64,000 nt of DNA from a virus: positions 14,527 through 78,526 of IMG/VR virus record IMGVR_UViG_3300005338_000001; one strand, written 5' to 3'. A program made the translations under genes and the position numbers. Positions 38,691 to 51,265 of the stretch are shown here, in pieces. Numbering within the stretch: the first letter of the stretch is position 1; every line of letters starts with the position of its first letter. The notes beneath the pieces were generated by a model. It saw only the letters and a list, made by a program, of their open reading frames with translations. It ran no database searches and was not told the DNA's origin.

Positions 38691-41600
38691 TCATTGCGGA
38701 AACTCCAGTTCGTATTCAAAAACAGGATACGGCGTTTCCTCTTCGGTCGTGCGCCAAATCTTGCCGCGCGTTGTCCCGCTGTTGCCGTCGAACCAGTCTT
38801 TTCCGATCCACTCTCGCTCGGCGAACTTCGGCTTGGCTCTGGTTTCGTCAAAGGGTTGCTTGGCGAAGATGTGCTCATACTCGAACTGAAGCACCTCCTG
38901 CCAGTCTGGAACTCGCGCGATGACAATGGACATCATCGTTCCGTCTTCGCTTGTCCAAAACGCCGCCCCTCTGTTGAATGCTGCGTTGAATAATTTCTGC
39001 TCGCGTGTCGTTTTCATGAGATTATTGTCGTGAATGGATGAAGTCTCTTGGCTGCTGCACGATGACCCGAACCAGCGCCAGCTTCGCGAGCGTGGCCTTG
39101 TCGTCCTGCGCCTCTCGGAGCTTCGCCAGTGTGGTGTTGGGTGAGTGCATACAGTAGTTCCGCAGATGTCCGGCGATGTCGTGGACCGCATCGGGATCTT
39201 GTGCGATGCCGGACTCCGCGATGGTGTCGAGCAGATCGGCTGCCGCGCATAGGTTGCGCAGGTAGCGGGCGTCCAGCAGGGCGGCGTTGCGACTCTCAGT
39301 TTTCGTCATCGGTTTCGGATTCTAGGCTGGCTTCTTTGGAATACTTGTCGTCGTGATCAGCGTAGAACTCCTCAGCGGTGTAGTGCGCCTTGCAGCGGCT
39401 ACAGTTGAACGCGACGGCGGGAAGTCCCATGACGAACGGTGCGCCCCAGTTCTCATACTTCGGCGCATCCTCGATCTCAACGATCAATCCGCAGTCGGGA
39501 CAGGACAGGTGCCTGCGCATCCATTTTGGTTTCATCGGAATCGGTAGCTGGGCCAGATTTCTTTCCAGAACTGGCTGAACGGCGTGTGTCCGCAAGCATC
39601 GCAAAAGACTTCCCACGACTCGAAGGCGCGGCTCTTGCGACGCTGCGGGATGGCTGGCTTCGGCTGTGCGGCGCGCCACTCGCGCAGTGCTGCTCGGCCC
39701 GAAGCCGTCATGCTGAAGTATTCGTCGGGCACGAACGATTTTCGACCGGCGCTCTGCATCAGTCCCAGGGCAATGAGTTGCTGCATCACGGGGCTGTCGC
39801 CGCAGTAGAAGCCTCCTGCTGCTCGGTTGCTGGTGTGGTCGAGGATATCGGCTTGTTGGTTGGTAATCATGGGTCAGTCTTCTTCGTCAATGATTTCGTC
39901 GCACATTCCGCCCGCAAGGACGCCATCGCAGATCGAGTGCGTGCAGCGGCAGTGCTTCGCGCACTCGGCAAGGAACGCATGATACTCTGGCGTGTCGTGG
40001 TCGTCCTGTGGCTGCTGCTTCGCCTCCCGCTTCTCGCGTCTCCGCGCCTTGTCCCGAGCGGCCTTGCGCTGGAACGTACAGGGGTTGCAGAACTCGCGGA
40101 ACTTCGCAAAGATGACCGTGCCGCATCCGCCCTTGCACGGGTGCTGCTCCACGATGGTCTGGCCGGCGGTGTTCATGGCTGTTTGTCCGATTTTCGCTTT
40201 GGCATCTCGTCATTCCCAAGACATGACTCCAGATGCGTCCAAGTCATCACGGTTCTGCCGCAATTCGGACAAGTGAACACGCGCGGAGTGTATTTGTGGC
40301 GACTGTTGCCGATGATCTGCACCGGCGTGTCAGAGGTGGTGTCGAGTGGGTATGATTTCATGACTTGAGTAGTTCCGGCATCCCTCCGCGGATCGCAGCC
40401 TCGCGGCACGCCTGATTCAGCCGCTCTGGGTGGCGCTCGTCGTAGAGCCATCCGAGCCGTCGCGCTTCGTTCGGGTTTCCGTGAATCCGATCATGCGCCT
40501 CGCGCGACACCACGATGAAGCACATGATGCGTTGACCAATCCTGCCGGCGAAGTGATGCCCGTCAGTGGCCGGCACGGTCAGGAACGCCTCGCACATCGG
40601 ATGCTCTTGCAGCCTCTTGGCCAGCGCGCGGCGGTATTTGGCCTGCCACGTGGCTTTCGCGGGGCTGACACGACGTAACGGCGACTGGCGCAGGCGTCCA
40701 GTGCGGGCGAGCGGCGTATTGCGGCGGATGGGTGAGCGGTTCATGGCGTGAGAGAAGCTAGCAGCGCCTCCAATGAAGTGAATTTGTGCATGTCGTCGTG
40801 TCCAGGCCATCGCTGTGCTCTACCGCAAAAACTTCCATCCGCGCAAAGATGGAAACACGGTACGCCTTGGTGCATCACGATCTGCATCCAGTCCATGTCC
40901 TTTGCGGCCAGCAGCAGCGATTTGAAGCGTCGTTTGGTGATCATAGGTTACGGCTTCGGCTTCTGTGCCGCGTCAGTCGCGAACGGCAGCGCAGGTTGTG
41001 TGGGTGTGGTCATGGTATTAGCAGGTCATGCAGTAGGCCATGCGGCCAAGTTCAGTCAGTTCGTAGCCCTCAATGTGGACTGGAAACATACCTCCAAAAG
41101 ACAGTACCATTGTCCGCTTCCTGACATACCCTTCCGTCGTGAGCGCGTCTGCGATTTTGCTCTTGGTTTGGAACAGGTGGCAGCCGCCAGACAGCGCGCC
41201 GTTAATCTCGGCAGCGTATATCTTTTCCAGCATCTTCAGTTCTTGCTTTTTCATAGTATCAGCAGGTTCTCCTCAGTGCCGTCCAGTGCCCGCAGCAGCA
41301 CCTTGCCGCCGGCGCGACGGTGACGCACAAGGATCGCCATGAGGGCACAGGATCGGCGCGTCGCTTCCGTGATGCTGATGTCGTCCAGCAGCCGGCACAG
41401 TTCGCCGAGCTGCTTGCGGTGCTGCTTGCTGATGTCCAGCGAGAGGCGGTGGAGGCGGGGTTTCATGATTCCTGAATCTCCCAAATTTCTTCCGCAATTG
41501 TTTCGACCTTTTTCATGAACTCTGCCACATAGCGATCACGCCATTGCGGCGACAGGTATGCGAACAGCATCTCTTTGTGAGCGGTCGCGATGTCGTGTAT

Positions 41601-41810
41601 CCACGGCACTTGCGTCGGCTCCACATAGGTCGCGCCAAGTCGGATTTGCTTCAGTGCATTATCCAGCCTTTTGCTTTGTCCAATCTCGGGGCGGGCGTTG
41701 TTGTGCGGATTCGCCTCGTCCATCCAAGGCTTAAATGCCGCGTCGAGCTTGTTGCGCAGATCGGTGTCTGCCTTGGCGTGTAGTTTGGCTGTCAGGGTTT
41801 CGGTGTTCAT
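38691..41810 (-). CDS. Run of small hypothetical genes, including a His/Cys nuclease-like ORF at 40358-40744
   Basis: ATGA-coupled ORFs; 40358-40744 has CEA...DGHH...HDRIH. Confidence 0.55.
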
Positions 41811-41813
41811 TGG

Positions 41814-42686
41814 TTAGATCGTGTAGCTGGATGCCATTGCGCGAAGTCTGCGGGTCAGCGATGCGCCGGTCGTGTCCTCGGTGCCGCGTCGCGTGGCCTC
41901 GGCGCGCAGCCGCTCCTCAAGCTGCTTGCCGGTGGCATTGCTGGTGAAGCACGTAGGTCGCTCGAAAGCTTTCCGATCCTCAAGTAAACCGTAGAAATCT
42001 GTGAGCGTGGATTCGGTGAACCGCGACTTGTCCACGTCGTCGAGGAACAGGATCGGCACCGCTGCCCATTCGGCCAGCCATGCCTCGGCAGCCCGCGCGC
42101 CGTCCTCGTACGCGGCTGACATCGCTCGGCTGAGCTTCGCGCCGTGGATGGCGCGGACCTGTCGCCCGGCGAGGACGTGTGGCTTCAGCATCGCGAACAT
42201 GAGGCGAGTCTTGCAGTGTCCGGCGGGACCGACAAGCCCGAGTCCCTTGCGCCATACTTCCCAAGCGAGGATTTCTGCCACAGCCTGCGCGATCTCGATA
42301 GTCTCTAAACCGCCCGCGCCGATGCGCGACGGCTTGCTGCCGACTCGGTTCAGTTCCGCCACCATGCGGGCGGTGTCGCTGTCCCGGTATTCGGGCGGGC
42401 AGATAGCGTCAAACGCAGCATGGCGGGCATCCTGCGCGCACGGCACTGGCGTCTGTGCGGACTTCTCGGCTTCGTGCTTCGCGATGCAGTCCGGGCACCG
42501 CAGTACGCCGAACAGCGGGCGCTCGCCGCAATACATGACGCTGCCCTCGAACAACGTCTCACAGTCGCGGCACGTTCGCGTTTCGGTGCGGGTAGTGAGG
42601 TCGCCCTGCATGATCGGCACGCGCGGGCGGTGAGCCTCCTGAGCCTTTAAGCCAGCGAGTCGGTCGGCTTCGCGTTCGTCGTGCAT
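41814..42686 (-). CDS. DnaC/IstB-like AAA+ helicase loader
   Basis: Zn finger, Walker A GPAGHCKT, Walker B LFLDDVDK, FTSN, RRLR. Confidence 0.88.
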   Translation of the reverse strand: MHDEREADRLAGLKAQEAHRPRVPIMQGDLTTRTETRTCRDCETLFEGSVMYCGERPLFGVLRCPDCIAKHEAEKSAQTPVPCAQDARHAAFDAICPPEYRDSDTARMVAELNRVGSKPSRIGAGGLETIEIAQAVAEILAWEVWRKGLGLVGPAGHCKTRLMFAMLKPHVLAGRQVRAIHGAKLSRAMSAAYEDGARAAEAWLAEWAAVPILFLDDVDKSRFTESTLTDFYGLLEDRKAFERPTCFTSNATGKQLEERLRAEATRRGTEDTTGASLTRRLRAMASSYTI

Positions 42687-42689
42687 GGA

Positions 42690-43433
42690 TCAAAACCCCC
42701 CCGGTTCAAACTCGCGTTTAGGAACTGTCGCGATGGTTTGTGCATTTCCAACTGCTCGGTTGAGCCAGTTTGTAAAAAAGATTCGTGTGCATTGGCGATT
42801 CTTGTTCTTACACCAAAGCTGCGCTCGTTCGAGTTCGTGTCGGACGTTCAGGCTTTTGTATGCCTGCATCGCTTCAATGCCGACGATCCATTCCTCATCC
42901 GTCTGGTTTGGCTTCTTCGCTCTCGCTTCCCCTTTCGGCTTTGCCGATGGGGTATGCTGCGGAGCAGCTAAACCGGAATCGGGTACTTCTTTGTTTGCTT
43001 CAGAGTTTGCTTTTGCTTCTGCTTTCAGGGTGTCGGGCGTTACTGTCCCGTTACTGTCCGTCACATCGGCGTTACGGTCACGCCACCGTTTTTGCCTCCG
43101 TGCGTTCGCGTTTAGCGTGTCCGCCGTAGAGGCTAACTCCCTGTATTTTCGGAAATTGAGCAGTTCCCAACCTCCGTCAATCTTTACGATCCTCCGCCCC
43201 TCGTTGTCAGGCGTGCGTGAGTACTGATCCGGCGACAGAAATGCCGTGACGGCCTTCTCGCAGTCTTCGAGCGGCACGCCCGCCAATCGGGCGAGTCCCG
43301 GCAGGCTGGCGTGAACCTCGCCGTTCTTATCCGCCAGTGCCAGCATGGTGATCCACACGATGCGCGTGCGGTCGGACTCAGCCCAAATCGTAGAGGTCAC
43401 GATGGTCGAAAAGAGCTTCGTGTAGTTGGGCAT
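42690..43433 (-). CDS. Phage replication initiator/replisome organiser
   Basis: YTKLFSTIVTSTIW, WITMLALAD, LLNFRKYR, FFTNWLNRA; directly upstream of the DnaC-like gene. Confidence 0.78.
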   Translation of the reverse strand: MPNYTKLFSTIVTSTIWAESDRTRIVWITMLALADKNGEVHASLPGLARLAGVPLEDCEKAVTAFLSPDQYSRTPDNEGRRIVKIDGGWELLNFRKYRELASTADTLNANARRQKRWRDRNADVTDSNGTVTPDTLKAEAKANSEANKEVPDSGLAAPQHTPSAKPKGEARAKKPNQTDEEWIVGIEAMQAYKSLNVRHELERAQLWCKNKNRQCTRIFFTNWLNRAVGNAQTIATVPKREFEPGGF

Positions 43434-43854
43434 ACCGTTACGCATAACGCCTCACCGTTACGGAGTCAACAGCAATCTTTTCCTCATCTTCCTGCTCACG
43501 TGCATCCGACAGCAGCCTGAACCGGCACGCGCGGTAAAAGTCATCTGGGTTTCCGCCGACGAGTGAGATGGCCAGTACAGAGCCGAACAACTCCACCGCC
43601 ATCACAACGTACACTTGGCCCTTGCGCGGCGCCAGATGTTCGTATCCGGGATCGGGAATCAGCCATCCCGAGTCGTCGATGCACAGCACTTTGGCGTTAG
43701 GAGTCATGGCGTCTTTTTCAACGGCTCGCGCACCTGCCCGCACCGCCGGCAACGGAACAGCGTCCAGTCGTGATGCAGCCACACCGAGCGGATGCTTTGG
43801 AAGCACATGCGTGACGACAGGCGGATGCGGGCGAAGGTCGAGGGCGTCATGGTG

Positions 43855-44463
43855 TTAATTGTCGAACCAGAACACGAGACGCGACTCACAGCCTTGTGCC
43901 TCGAAGCAGCGCATTGCCACAAGGATCGGCCAGTACTCCGTGATGTGTCGAAGTGAGGTTAGCTGCTCGTCATGCTCGGCACACAGCAGCGCGTCTGCCA
44001 TCGCGGCGGGTGCAGTCAGTTGCTTGACGTTCACGGCGAATCCGCACCGATTGAGGTAGCCAGCAATCGCCAACTCGAATTCATCAGCGGTCAGCCACGA
44101 GTGCGTGTGGTGATCGGAGTTCGTCACCCACGACTTACGCTCGTTCCGAATCACGTATTCGCAGTAGCCTTTGGCGACGCATTCCGCCGCGTGCTTTGGA
44201 GAGTAGTAGGACGATCCATCTTCGTGCTTATAGTCTTCGACCTGATTTTCCATGATGTAGATCGTGTTGTCGGAGAACGCCGCGAGGGCTGCATCCTTTG
44301 GCCACCCGCGCGGTTCTATGTGCGGCACATCGTCCAGTCGAACGCCAGCCATGAAGCCGAACATCCAGTAGTTGCGACCCGGGTTGATTCTTCCACCGAA
44401 GTCACTCCAGCCAGAGTTGCCCTTCTGTTTGTATTCAATGTAGCAGTGTATGTCGCATCCCAT
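43855..44463 (-). CDS. Hypothetical phage protein
   Basis: MGCDIH...RNYWMFGFMAGVR...HTHSWLT...RLVFWFDN. Confidence 0.7.
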   Translation of the reverse strand: MGCDIHCYIEYKQKGNSGWSDFGGRINPGRNYWMFGFMAGVRLDDVPHIEPRGWPKDAALAAFSDNTIYIMENQVEDYKHEDGSSYYSPKHAAECVAKGYCEYVIRNERKSWVTNSDHHTHSWLTADEFELAIAGYLNRCGFAVNVKQLTAPAAMADALLCAEHDEQLTSLRHITEYWPILVAMRCFEAQGCESRLVFWFDN

Positions 44464-44705
44464 AGGTTACGTCGTCGGCTTGGGTTTCAGTTCCTCGGCG
44501 CTGAGGCGGTCGCGCAGTTGCCGAATGTGCTGCTCGCAGAACTCCAGCGTTGCGCGGTCGCCGCCTCGGACTCCGTGCAGGTGCTCAGCCGCCAGCGTCA
44601 TGCCGTGGCGCACGGCTTCGAGTTGCACGGCCCGCAGCGTCACGGTGTCGGCAACGACCCAGTTGTTGTGACCGAACATCTCGTCCATCCATTCTTCGGC
44701 CTGCT

Positions 44706-46052
44706 TCATAGTTTTCCAGCCTCAAAGGCGATCCATGCGGCGAACTTTGCGATCTGTTCTCGCAGCTTTTGCGACAGCGCTTCTCTGGATGCGTCGAGGA
44801 CCGGCAGTTCCATGTCGCGGATGGTTGCGGCCAGCACGATCAACTTCTGTTTGTCCGGCGCGGCAGCCGCAGCCCGTTCCGCGGCCAGCTTGGCGGCAGT
44901 GGCGTCGGCCTCGCGCTTCCGCTGTGCCGCCAGTTCGGATTCGGCGCGGTCACGGGCTTCAGCATCGGCCAGCATACGGGCTTTCAGCGCTGCCTCTTTC
45001 TCGGCAGCTTCGTCGCGTATCCGCTTCGCCTCCGCGTCGGCTCTGTCCTGTGCCGCCCTGGCCGCGGCTGCCGCTTCGGCGCGCTCCTTGGCCAGCTTGC
45101 GCTCGTTCTCGGCCCGTTCGGCTGCAAGGGCTTGTTCCTGTGCGAGCATCGCTCCGAGTCTCACCAGCGCATCTGTCTGGATGGACTGGGCCTCAGCCAA
45201 CCGCTCTTGAAAACAATCGGGATTCATCCGAATGGACTCGACTGTTTTGATCACTGATGCCACCCCATCGTGTTCACAGCACGAAACAAGATCAGCTATG
45301 TGTTTTCCCATGTCGGACAGGGCCTTTTCGATCTTGAGGAGTCGCGCCGTTTCCTTGGCCTCTGCCTCCGCCTTGGCGAGACGTTCGGCTTCCTGCTTCG
45401 CCTTCTCGGCAGCCTCAGCGGCTTCCTTGGCCTCGCGGGCCAGCCGGTCCTCGTGCGCCACCTTCATGTCGGCGATGAAGACGTTGCGCTCCGCTTCCGG
45501 CAGCAGGTGCAAGTTGAAGCTGGCGGGGTCGATGCCGGGCCGCAAGTACGGACGCGCAGCATCCTCACACTCTTGCTTCAGAGCCGCGAGCCGGGCGGCT
45601 TGTGCGCGTTCGGCGAACTTCTCCCGTTCCTCAAGATGTGCCTCAATGGGCTTGACCATGAACTCCAGCAGGTTGTAAACCCCTTGGATGGCCTTTCCGC
45701 GCATGATTGAATCGGCCTTGAGGCGGTCCTTCAGCTTTTCACCAGTCGTCCGCTGCTTGACGAGCGCGAGGCGCAGCTTGCGGTTCGCCTCCATTTCCTT
45801 GAGTTGCGTGGCGTCTTGCACATTCGGAGCGGACTTGGCCTTTTCGAGCAGGTCGTGAACCGTTCGGAAGATTGGCGCGAAGGATTCGATCAGCCCTTGG
45901 GCGGTCGCGAGTTCCACACCGCTGTCTTTGACGGTGGTTTCGAGTTGCACGATTTCGGCAGGCTGTGGTTCGCACGCGCCTGCACCTGTGATCTGTTTCG
46001 CGGCTGCGAGGGATGCGTCTGTGACTGGTTCGGTGTCAGTTTGAGTTGGCAT
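44706..46052 (-). CDS. Long coiled-coil protein (448 aa)
   Basis: A/E/K/R-rich heptads; ends AAAAPDKQKL. Confidence 0.7.
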   Translation of the reverse strand: MPTQTDTEPVTDASLAAAKQITGAGACEPQPAEIVQLETTVKDSGVELATAQGLIESFAPIFRTVHDLLEKAKSAPNVQDATQLKEMEANRKLRLALVKQRTTGEKLKDRLKADSIMRGKAIQGVYNLLEFMVKPIEAHLEEREKFAERAQAARLAALKQECEDAARPYLRPGIDPASFNLHLLPEAERNVFIADMKVAHEDRLAREAKEAAEAAEKAKQEAERLAKAEAEAKETARLLKIEKALSDMGKHIADLVSCCEHDGVASVIKTVESIRMNPDCFQERLAEAQSIQTDALVRLGAMLAQEQALAAERAENERKLAKERAEAAAAARAAQDRADAEAKRIRDEAAEKEAALKARMLADAEARDRAESELAAQRKREADATAAKLAAERAAAAAPDKQKLIVLAATIRDMELPVLDASREALSQKLREQIAKFAAWIAFEAGKL

Positions 46053-48209
46053 GGGTCAGGGTTGTTGGTTTCAAAGATTCTTTTCGTTTCTCGCGCAGCC
46101 ACATGGCGCGAAGGTGCGGCGTCATCAGTCCGGTGCCCTCGCACCAGTCGCATTCAATGAACGGACCTTCGCCGAAGTCCAGCACTGCCTCGACCTCGCC
46201 ACCTGCGCCACCGCAGTCCTGACACACGAGCTTGTGCGGCAGCGACGCAACGAAGCGTTTGTAGCGCAGATGATGCTGCCAGTGCCGCCAGTCCAGTTGC
46301 GCGTAGTCCGTCACGGCGCTCATACATGATCCTCCAGCGCTTCCTTGAACGTGATGCCGGGCTTGTCGGCCTCCGCGACCGGAACGGCGTTGCAGATGGC
46401 CTTAAGGCGTGCGACTTCGGCGCGAAGGTCGTCGTTCTGGTTGCAGGCGTCCGCCAGTTGTGCCGCAAGGCCCACCGCCGCCTGCTCCATCGCGTCCCGC
46501 TCCTGCTCGGCTTTCCTCAGCGCGGCCAGGGCTTCGTCGCGTTCGCAGACCGGGCACTTTCCAACTGTGAAGTAATGGGCTTTAGGACAGGGCGTGTTCA
46601 TATTGAAGATACCATTTCCGCTACGGCTACAACACTGCGCTTCTCTGGTTTGACGAAGCGACTCGCTACTAGGCCATGCTCGCATTGCCACCACTCACTA
46701 AAGAGACCTGTGATTCCAACTACCCACACGCCCCATCCGAATCCAGAAATGAACAACATGTCGCGGACACAGTAGGTGCGCCCTTTCACTGGAAGTTCAC
46801 TGAGATACTTACTCGCCTGTGGAGGAAGTTTATCGTCCACACACACCACCTTGTCGCCAACAGTGTAGTTCGGTTGAATCATGCTTCAGTCTCCAGTTTC
46901 GGCGGCTCGGTCCTGAACGCCAGCGACAGCAGCCTCGGATCGCCCAGCACGTTCAATTGCTCGACCTTCACCCACTCCGGAGACCACCCAAAGCGCGGCA
47001 CAGTCCAGCACCACACGTCTCGGCCCTCAGCGAGCGCTGTCACGAACGGCAGTATACCAAGCGCCTGCTCCGGTTCCATGTAGGCTGCCGCCAGCTCAAT
47101 CGCCGCGAAGTCCCGCACGTCCACATCGCCGAACCGTTCGCGGCGCTCGCGCTCGGCGTCCAGCTTCGCGGCAGCGGCGTCGCGCTGTAGCTGGAAGGCG
47201 TCTCCGGTGCTGTGGCAGTGCTGGGGCATTGGCTACTTTTGGTCAGCAGGCTTCTCGCACGGGATGCCGAAAGGATTGGCTTCATCAAAGTGCATCCACC
47301 GAGTCTTGCGCGTGATGTTGGCGGTCATTTCTGAATCGAATGGAATCATGCGATCTTCAAAGAATTGGAATCCCTTCTGCTTCCAAGTTGCAACAAATTG
47401 CTCGAAATCTATGCGACTGCCAATGACTTCAACTCGGAAGCGTCCACCGCCAAGCAGTCCATCCCAATAAACACCCTGAGTGATAAACTCCCGCACGAAC
47501 TCGCCATGCTTTGTCTTGAAGGCAACAGTCAAATCATGAAGCTCCATTTCCCACGGTTTCTGTGGTTCCTCTGGGTGATGCTCACGCGCAGTAAATTGAG
47601 GCGCTGGTTCTGGTTGTCCGAATAGCATTCTAAAAAAGGCGTTCATAGTGTCAGTCCTCCACAATCGGCACTTCGCGCCAGCCCTGCTCGGTGCGGAACT
47701 CCAGCACATACGTGCCGTCGTCGCGTTCCCGCCACCGCAACGGAAGCTGAGTGTCGGTCGCCACAAGGGCCGTGATGCGGACGCCGTTGTTGCGGTCCTC
47801 GCCTACGGTCTTGCGCTGTGGGGTCTTGGGCGGAAGCAGGGAGGTCACGTCAGATTGGCTTTGATGCTTTCGATGATCTGCTCCATCCGCGTCTCGTAGA
47901 AGTGCTCGGCCAGCCCTTGCTCGCCTTGCTGCTTCCACAGCAGGAACAGCACGGCCCTGAGCCTCTGTGCCTGCGTCTTGCGGTCGCGCTCAGTCGTGAC
48001 CTTCAGCGGCTCGGCCTCGCTGCCGTCGTGCGGCTTCACCGTCACGCAACAGGATCGCCCGTGCAACTGCATGAGTGCGCCGGCCTCGCTGGGGCGAAGC
48101 TCGGGAGTGATGACCTTGAAGGCGACGCTGTGATCAGCCCGCGAGGTGATGCTGCCCATCTCGCAGTGCAGGATTTCCAGCGTGGTCAGGAGCGGAGGAT
48201 TCACAGGTA

Positions 48210-48947
48210 CTAGAAAGGTACGGAAAGATCGTCCAGTTCGGTGGTTTGCTTGTTCTCGTAGTCAATCGGAGGCTCCTCCAATGGCGGTTCATCAGAGTGC
48301 GCCGCCGTCTGCATCGTGACCTGTTCAGCCTTGGTCTTACCGAGGTACTTGGTCAGGTATTCCTGCAAGCCTTTGTCCAACTCGGTCGCGGCAGCGTCAG
48401 TCTCGGGCGTGGTGTCCTGAATGACGAACTTCGGGAAACGGAACGTGACCTTCCCCTTCTTGCCTTCGCCGAAGCCCGCGATGCGGATCGCCTTCTTCAG
48501 CACCTCTGAGGAATGTGCCTTTCGGAACTCGATCCAGGCGTTCAATGCAGCCCCGCGGAACGAAATGTTTCCGAGCGTCAGCGGCCCGCCTGCGTCCTTG
48601 TAGGCGCAGTAGAGGCTCGCGGTGAAGTTTCCACCGGCAGCGTTCACCCTGTCGCGGATGTTGGCGTAGAATCCCTGCGCGATCACGCCGCCCTTGAAGG
48701 ACTTCACCACCATCACGTCAGCCTTTGTGTCCTTCACCTCGTTGGCGTAGATACCGCTGTCGCTGGCGTCGGACCAGCCTTTGACTGTCGCGAGTTCGTC
48801 GAGCAGCAACCAGACAAACGGGAGCGCTACGGGGATGTTCTTTTTCTGCGCCCGGTCATAATAGGACAGGGTGCCGTGTTCGCCATTCCACTCAAAAAAC
48901 TTGGCGGCTGGGTTCGAGGTGCGTTCGGTTGGGTTGGATCGTGACAT
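48210..48947 (-). CDS. Putative single-stranded DNA-binding protein
   Basis: Beta-rich core and acidic C-terminal tail ELDDLSVPF. Confidence 0.55.
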   Translation of the reverse strand: MSRSNPTERTSNPAAKFFEWNGEHGTLSYYDRAQKKNIPVALPFVWLLLDELATVKGWSDASDSGIYANEVKDTKADVMVVKSFKGGVIAQGFYANIRDRVNAAGGNFTASLYCAYKDAGGPLTLGNISFRGAALNAWIEFRKAHSSEVLKKAIRIAGFGEGKKGKVTFRFPKFVIQDTTPETDAAATELDKGLQEYLTKYLGKTKAEQVTMQTAAHSDEPPLEEPPIDYENKQTTELDDLSVPF

Positions 48948-49310
48948 TGTATTTTTGGTTTGGTTGTTGAGAGATTACTTTTCTTCGCCGCGCGTCGCCA
49001 TCGCGACGCACTCGCCGAACGTGCTGCCGTAGGCCAGCAGCTTGAAGAACGGTGCGGAACCTTGGTAGTGTTGAACGTAACCGTCGTTGTCGCGGACTCG
49101 GGTTTGCCACGGCTGCGTCACGACCGTGCCGAGCTGGCAGCGAAAGCCGTTGCCGCGGTTCTCCTGCTCGTTCAGTGGCGCGACGTAGCGGGCCGTGAGG
49201 CCGGTCAGCTTCTCGGCATCGACGGCACCGAGGCGCTGTTCGTGCGATGCGCCGTTCATGCTGACGAGCGGGGTGATGGTGTCGTGGTTTGTGTTCATGT
49301 TTGGAATAGT

Positions 49311-49673
49311 CTAGACAGATTTGTGCTTCATAAGCAACAGCAACGCCGCGCCAGCCAACGACACTCCAATGAGCGCGATTGGAAAAATATACCACTTATC
49401 GTCTGTGGTGGCCTTGGGTGCGGTTGCGTTTCTTTCAGCGATTATTGCGGCAGCATTGTGATTGTTGTTGATCGCGATCCACCACCACCAAGGAAACATC
49501 GGTTGCACAGGCACGTAATGGACGGTATTGATACGCGGCACCGACTGTATTACTCGCGTCGCGGGAACAATCCTTGTGACCGGCGCTGTCCTTGGCGCTA
49601 CAATCGGCGCACGCGGAGCTATCGCTGGACGCACAGTTACCGCCAAGCCAAGGATGAGAATTAGAATGTTCAT
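49311..49673 (-). CDS. Membrane protein with a Pro/Arg-rich linker
   Basis: Hydrophobic ends; PWWWW motif. Confidence 0.5.
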   Translation of the reverse strand: MNILILILGLAVTVRPAIAPRAPIVAPRTAPVTRIVPATRVIQSVPRINTVHYVPVQPMFPWWWWIAINNNHNAAAIIAERNATAPKATTDDKWYIFPIALIGVSLAGAALLLLMKHKSV

Positions 49674-50842
49674 AGAGTTATTGTTACTTCTTGGCTTTGC
49701 GCGGCAGCAGCGATTCGAGGAACCGCAGCATCACGGCGGCGGCGCGAAGGGTTGCGGCGGGCATGGGCGGCTTCATTGGACTAGTGCTTGTAGAGACATC
49801 CGAGCACGTAGGCGACAGCGAACGCTATGGCGGCGATGGCGAGTGCGCCGGGCCATGATATATTGTCGAATGGAGTTTCAGCGAGGATGTTCATGAGATT
49901 CGTGGTTGCCGTTACCTGCGCCAGCACACCGCGACCGCGACGGCCAGCGCGGCCAGCGACAGCCACGTGGTGACGCGGCGCTGACGCCATGTGGCGGGAC
50001 GGGACGGTTCGGCGAGGTGACGGAAGTCGAGGGCGCGGTTCATGGGGCTAGGTCTTCGATTCTGCGGATCATCTGAGCAGTGCGGTACAATTCCTTGAGC
50101 AGCGCGATTCGTTCCGAGTCTGTCATTGGCCACTTTTCGGGGTCGGTGAATACCACGATGATTTTCTCAACGAGGCCATTCTTCTGTGCTTCCGGTTCAC
50201 CGTGATCGGCAACCAAAATGGCGCGCTTTACTCTGTCTTGCTCGCTCATTTGCCCCTCGCCTTCTGTGCCAGCGCCTTGGTGGCCGATGGGGTGCGCTTG
50301 CGCTTCTTGGCTGCGTGCATTTTTCGCGAATGGGCACTGCGCTGCTTCTGCGTGGTGCCGAGCCAGCGTTTCGTGGCACCGAGTTTTCCGGCTGCGGAGC
50401 AAGTAGTCATTTCGCGGCGTCCTTGGCGATTTCTTGCATGAGCGCCCTCTTCATGCTTCCGTCCGCGAGTTTGCGCAGCCAATTGCACAAGCGAAGCACG
50501 ACGAGCGCACACAATCCAAACACAAGCAGGAATTTCCCGGCATTGATCGCAAGCCACCATCCGATGAGCGATGCTGCACTTTCCGTCGCTCCATTCAAGG
50601 ACTCGACGATGAGTTTGATTTCGTCGAGATTCATTTGCCGGATCGGTATGTTTCGAGTTGCGCGGCGATGAGTTCTTTTAGGAACTGGATGAGGTGTTTC
50701 ATTTCCCGCACTAAAGCGTTCTGCTTAGCGCCATGCAACAACTTTCTGCAACTCCAGTTAGATCATTTCAGCATCACAGTGATGCCGAGACAGCCTCAAG
50801 TTTCCGCTTGCCTCCCGTGCCGCACTGTGCTACTCGCGCCAC

Positions 50843-51010
50843 ATGCACGTCACTGTTGAATCCGAAGCAGCGCGCCTCTTTGCCGCCGAGGCCGAGGCTG
50901 CACGCCGTGAAGCGCAGGAGCGGTACGAGCAGCAGCTTCGCCAGGCGACGGCGGAGTTCTTCCGGCAGGAAGAGGCGCGGCGCGAGACGGAGTTGGAGTT
51001 CGCGATCTGA
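50843..51010 (+). CDS. Small helical acidic protein (55 aa) on the opposite strand
   Basis: Hand-translated: MHVTVESEAARLFAAEAEAARREAQERYEQQLRQATAEFFRQEEARRETELEFAI. Confidence 0.5.
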   Translation: MHVTVESEAARLFAAEAEAARREAQERYEQQLRQATAEFFRQEEARRETELEFAI

Positions 51011-51166
51011 GCGAAGAAAGTTCTTGCGCGGTCACGGCGACTTTGCCATCAGTGCAGCCTCGCCAATAAAACAACTCAGGGAGGACACTACCATGCACTA
51101 ACTCAAACCCACTCCACTTGTGTTTTCACACCGCCGCCTCGCAGCAATGCCTGGCGGCGGTTTTGT

Positions 51167-51265
51167 TTACTTCGACTTCACCAACGCGACGATGCCCAGC
51201 GCGAACAGTGCGGCGACGCTGAAAAAGTAAGCGGCTACCGCTGTTGCTGGCGAGACGGCGATCAT
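51167..51265 (-). CDS. 32-aa hydrophobic peptide after the endolysin
   Basis: MIAVSPATAVAAYFFSVAALFALGIVALVKSK; ATGA overlap. Confidence 0.5.
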   Translation of the reverse strand: MIAVSPATAVAAYFFSVAALFALGIVALVKSK

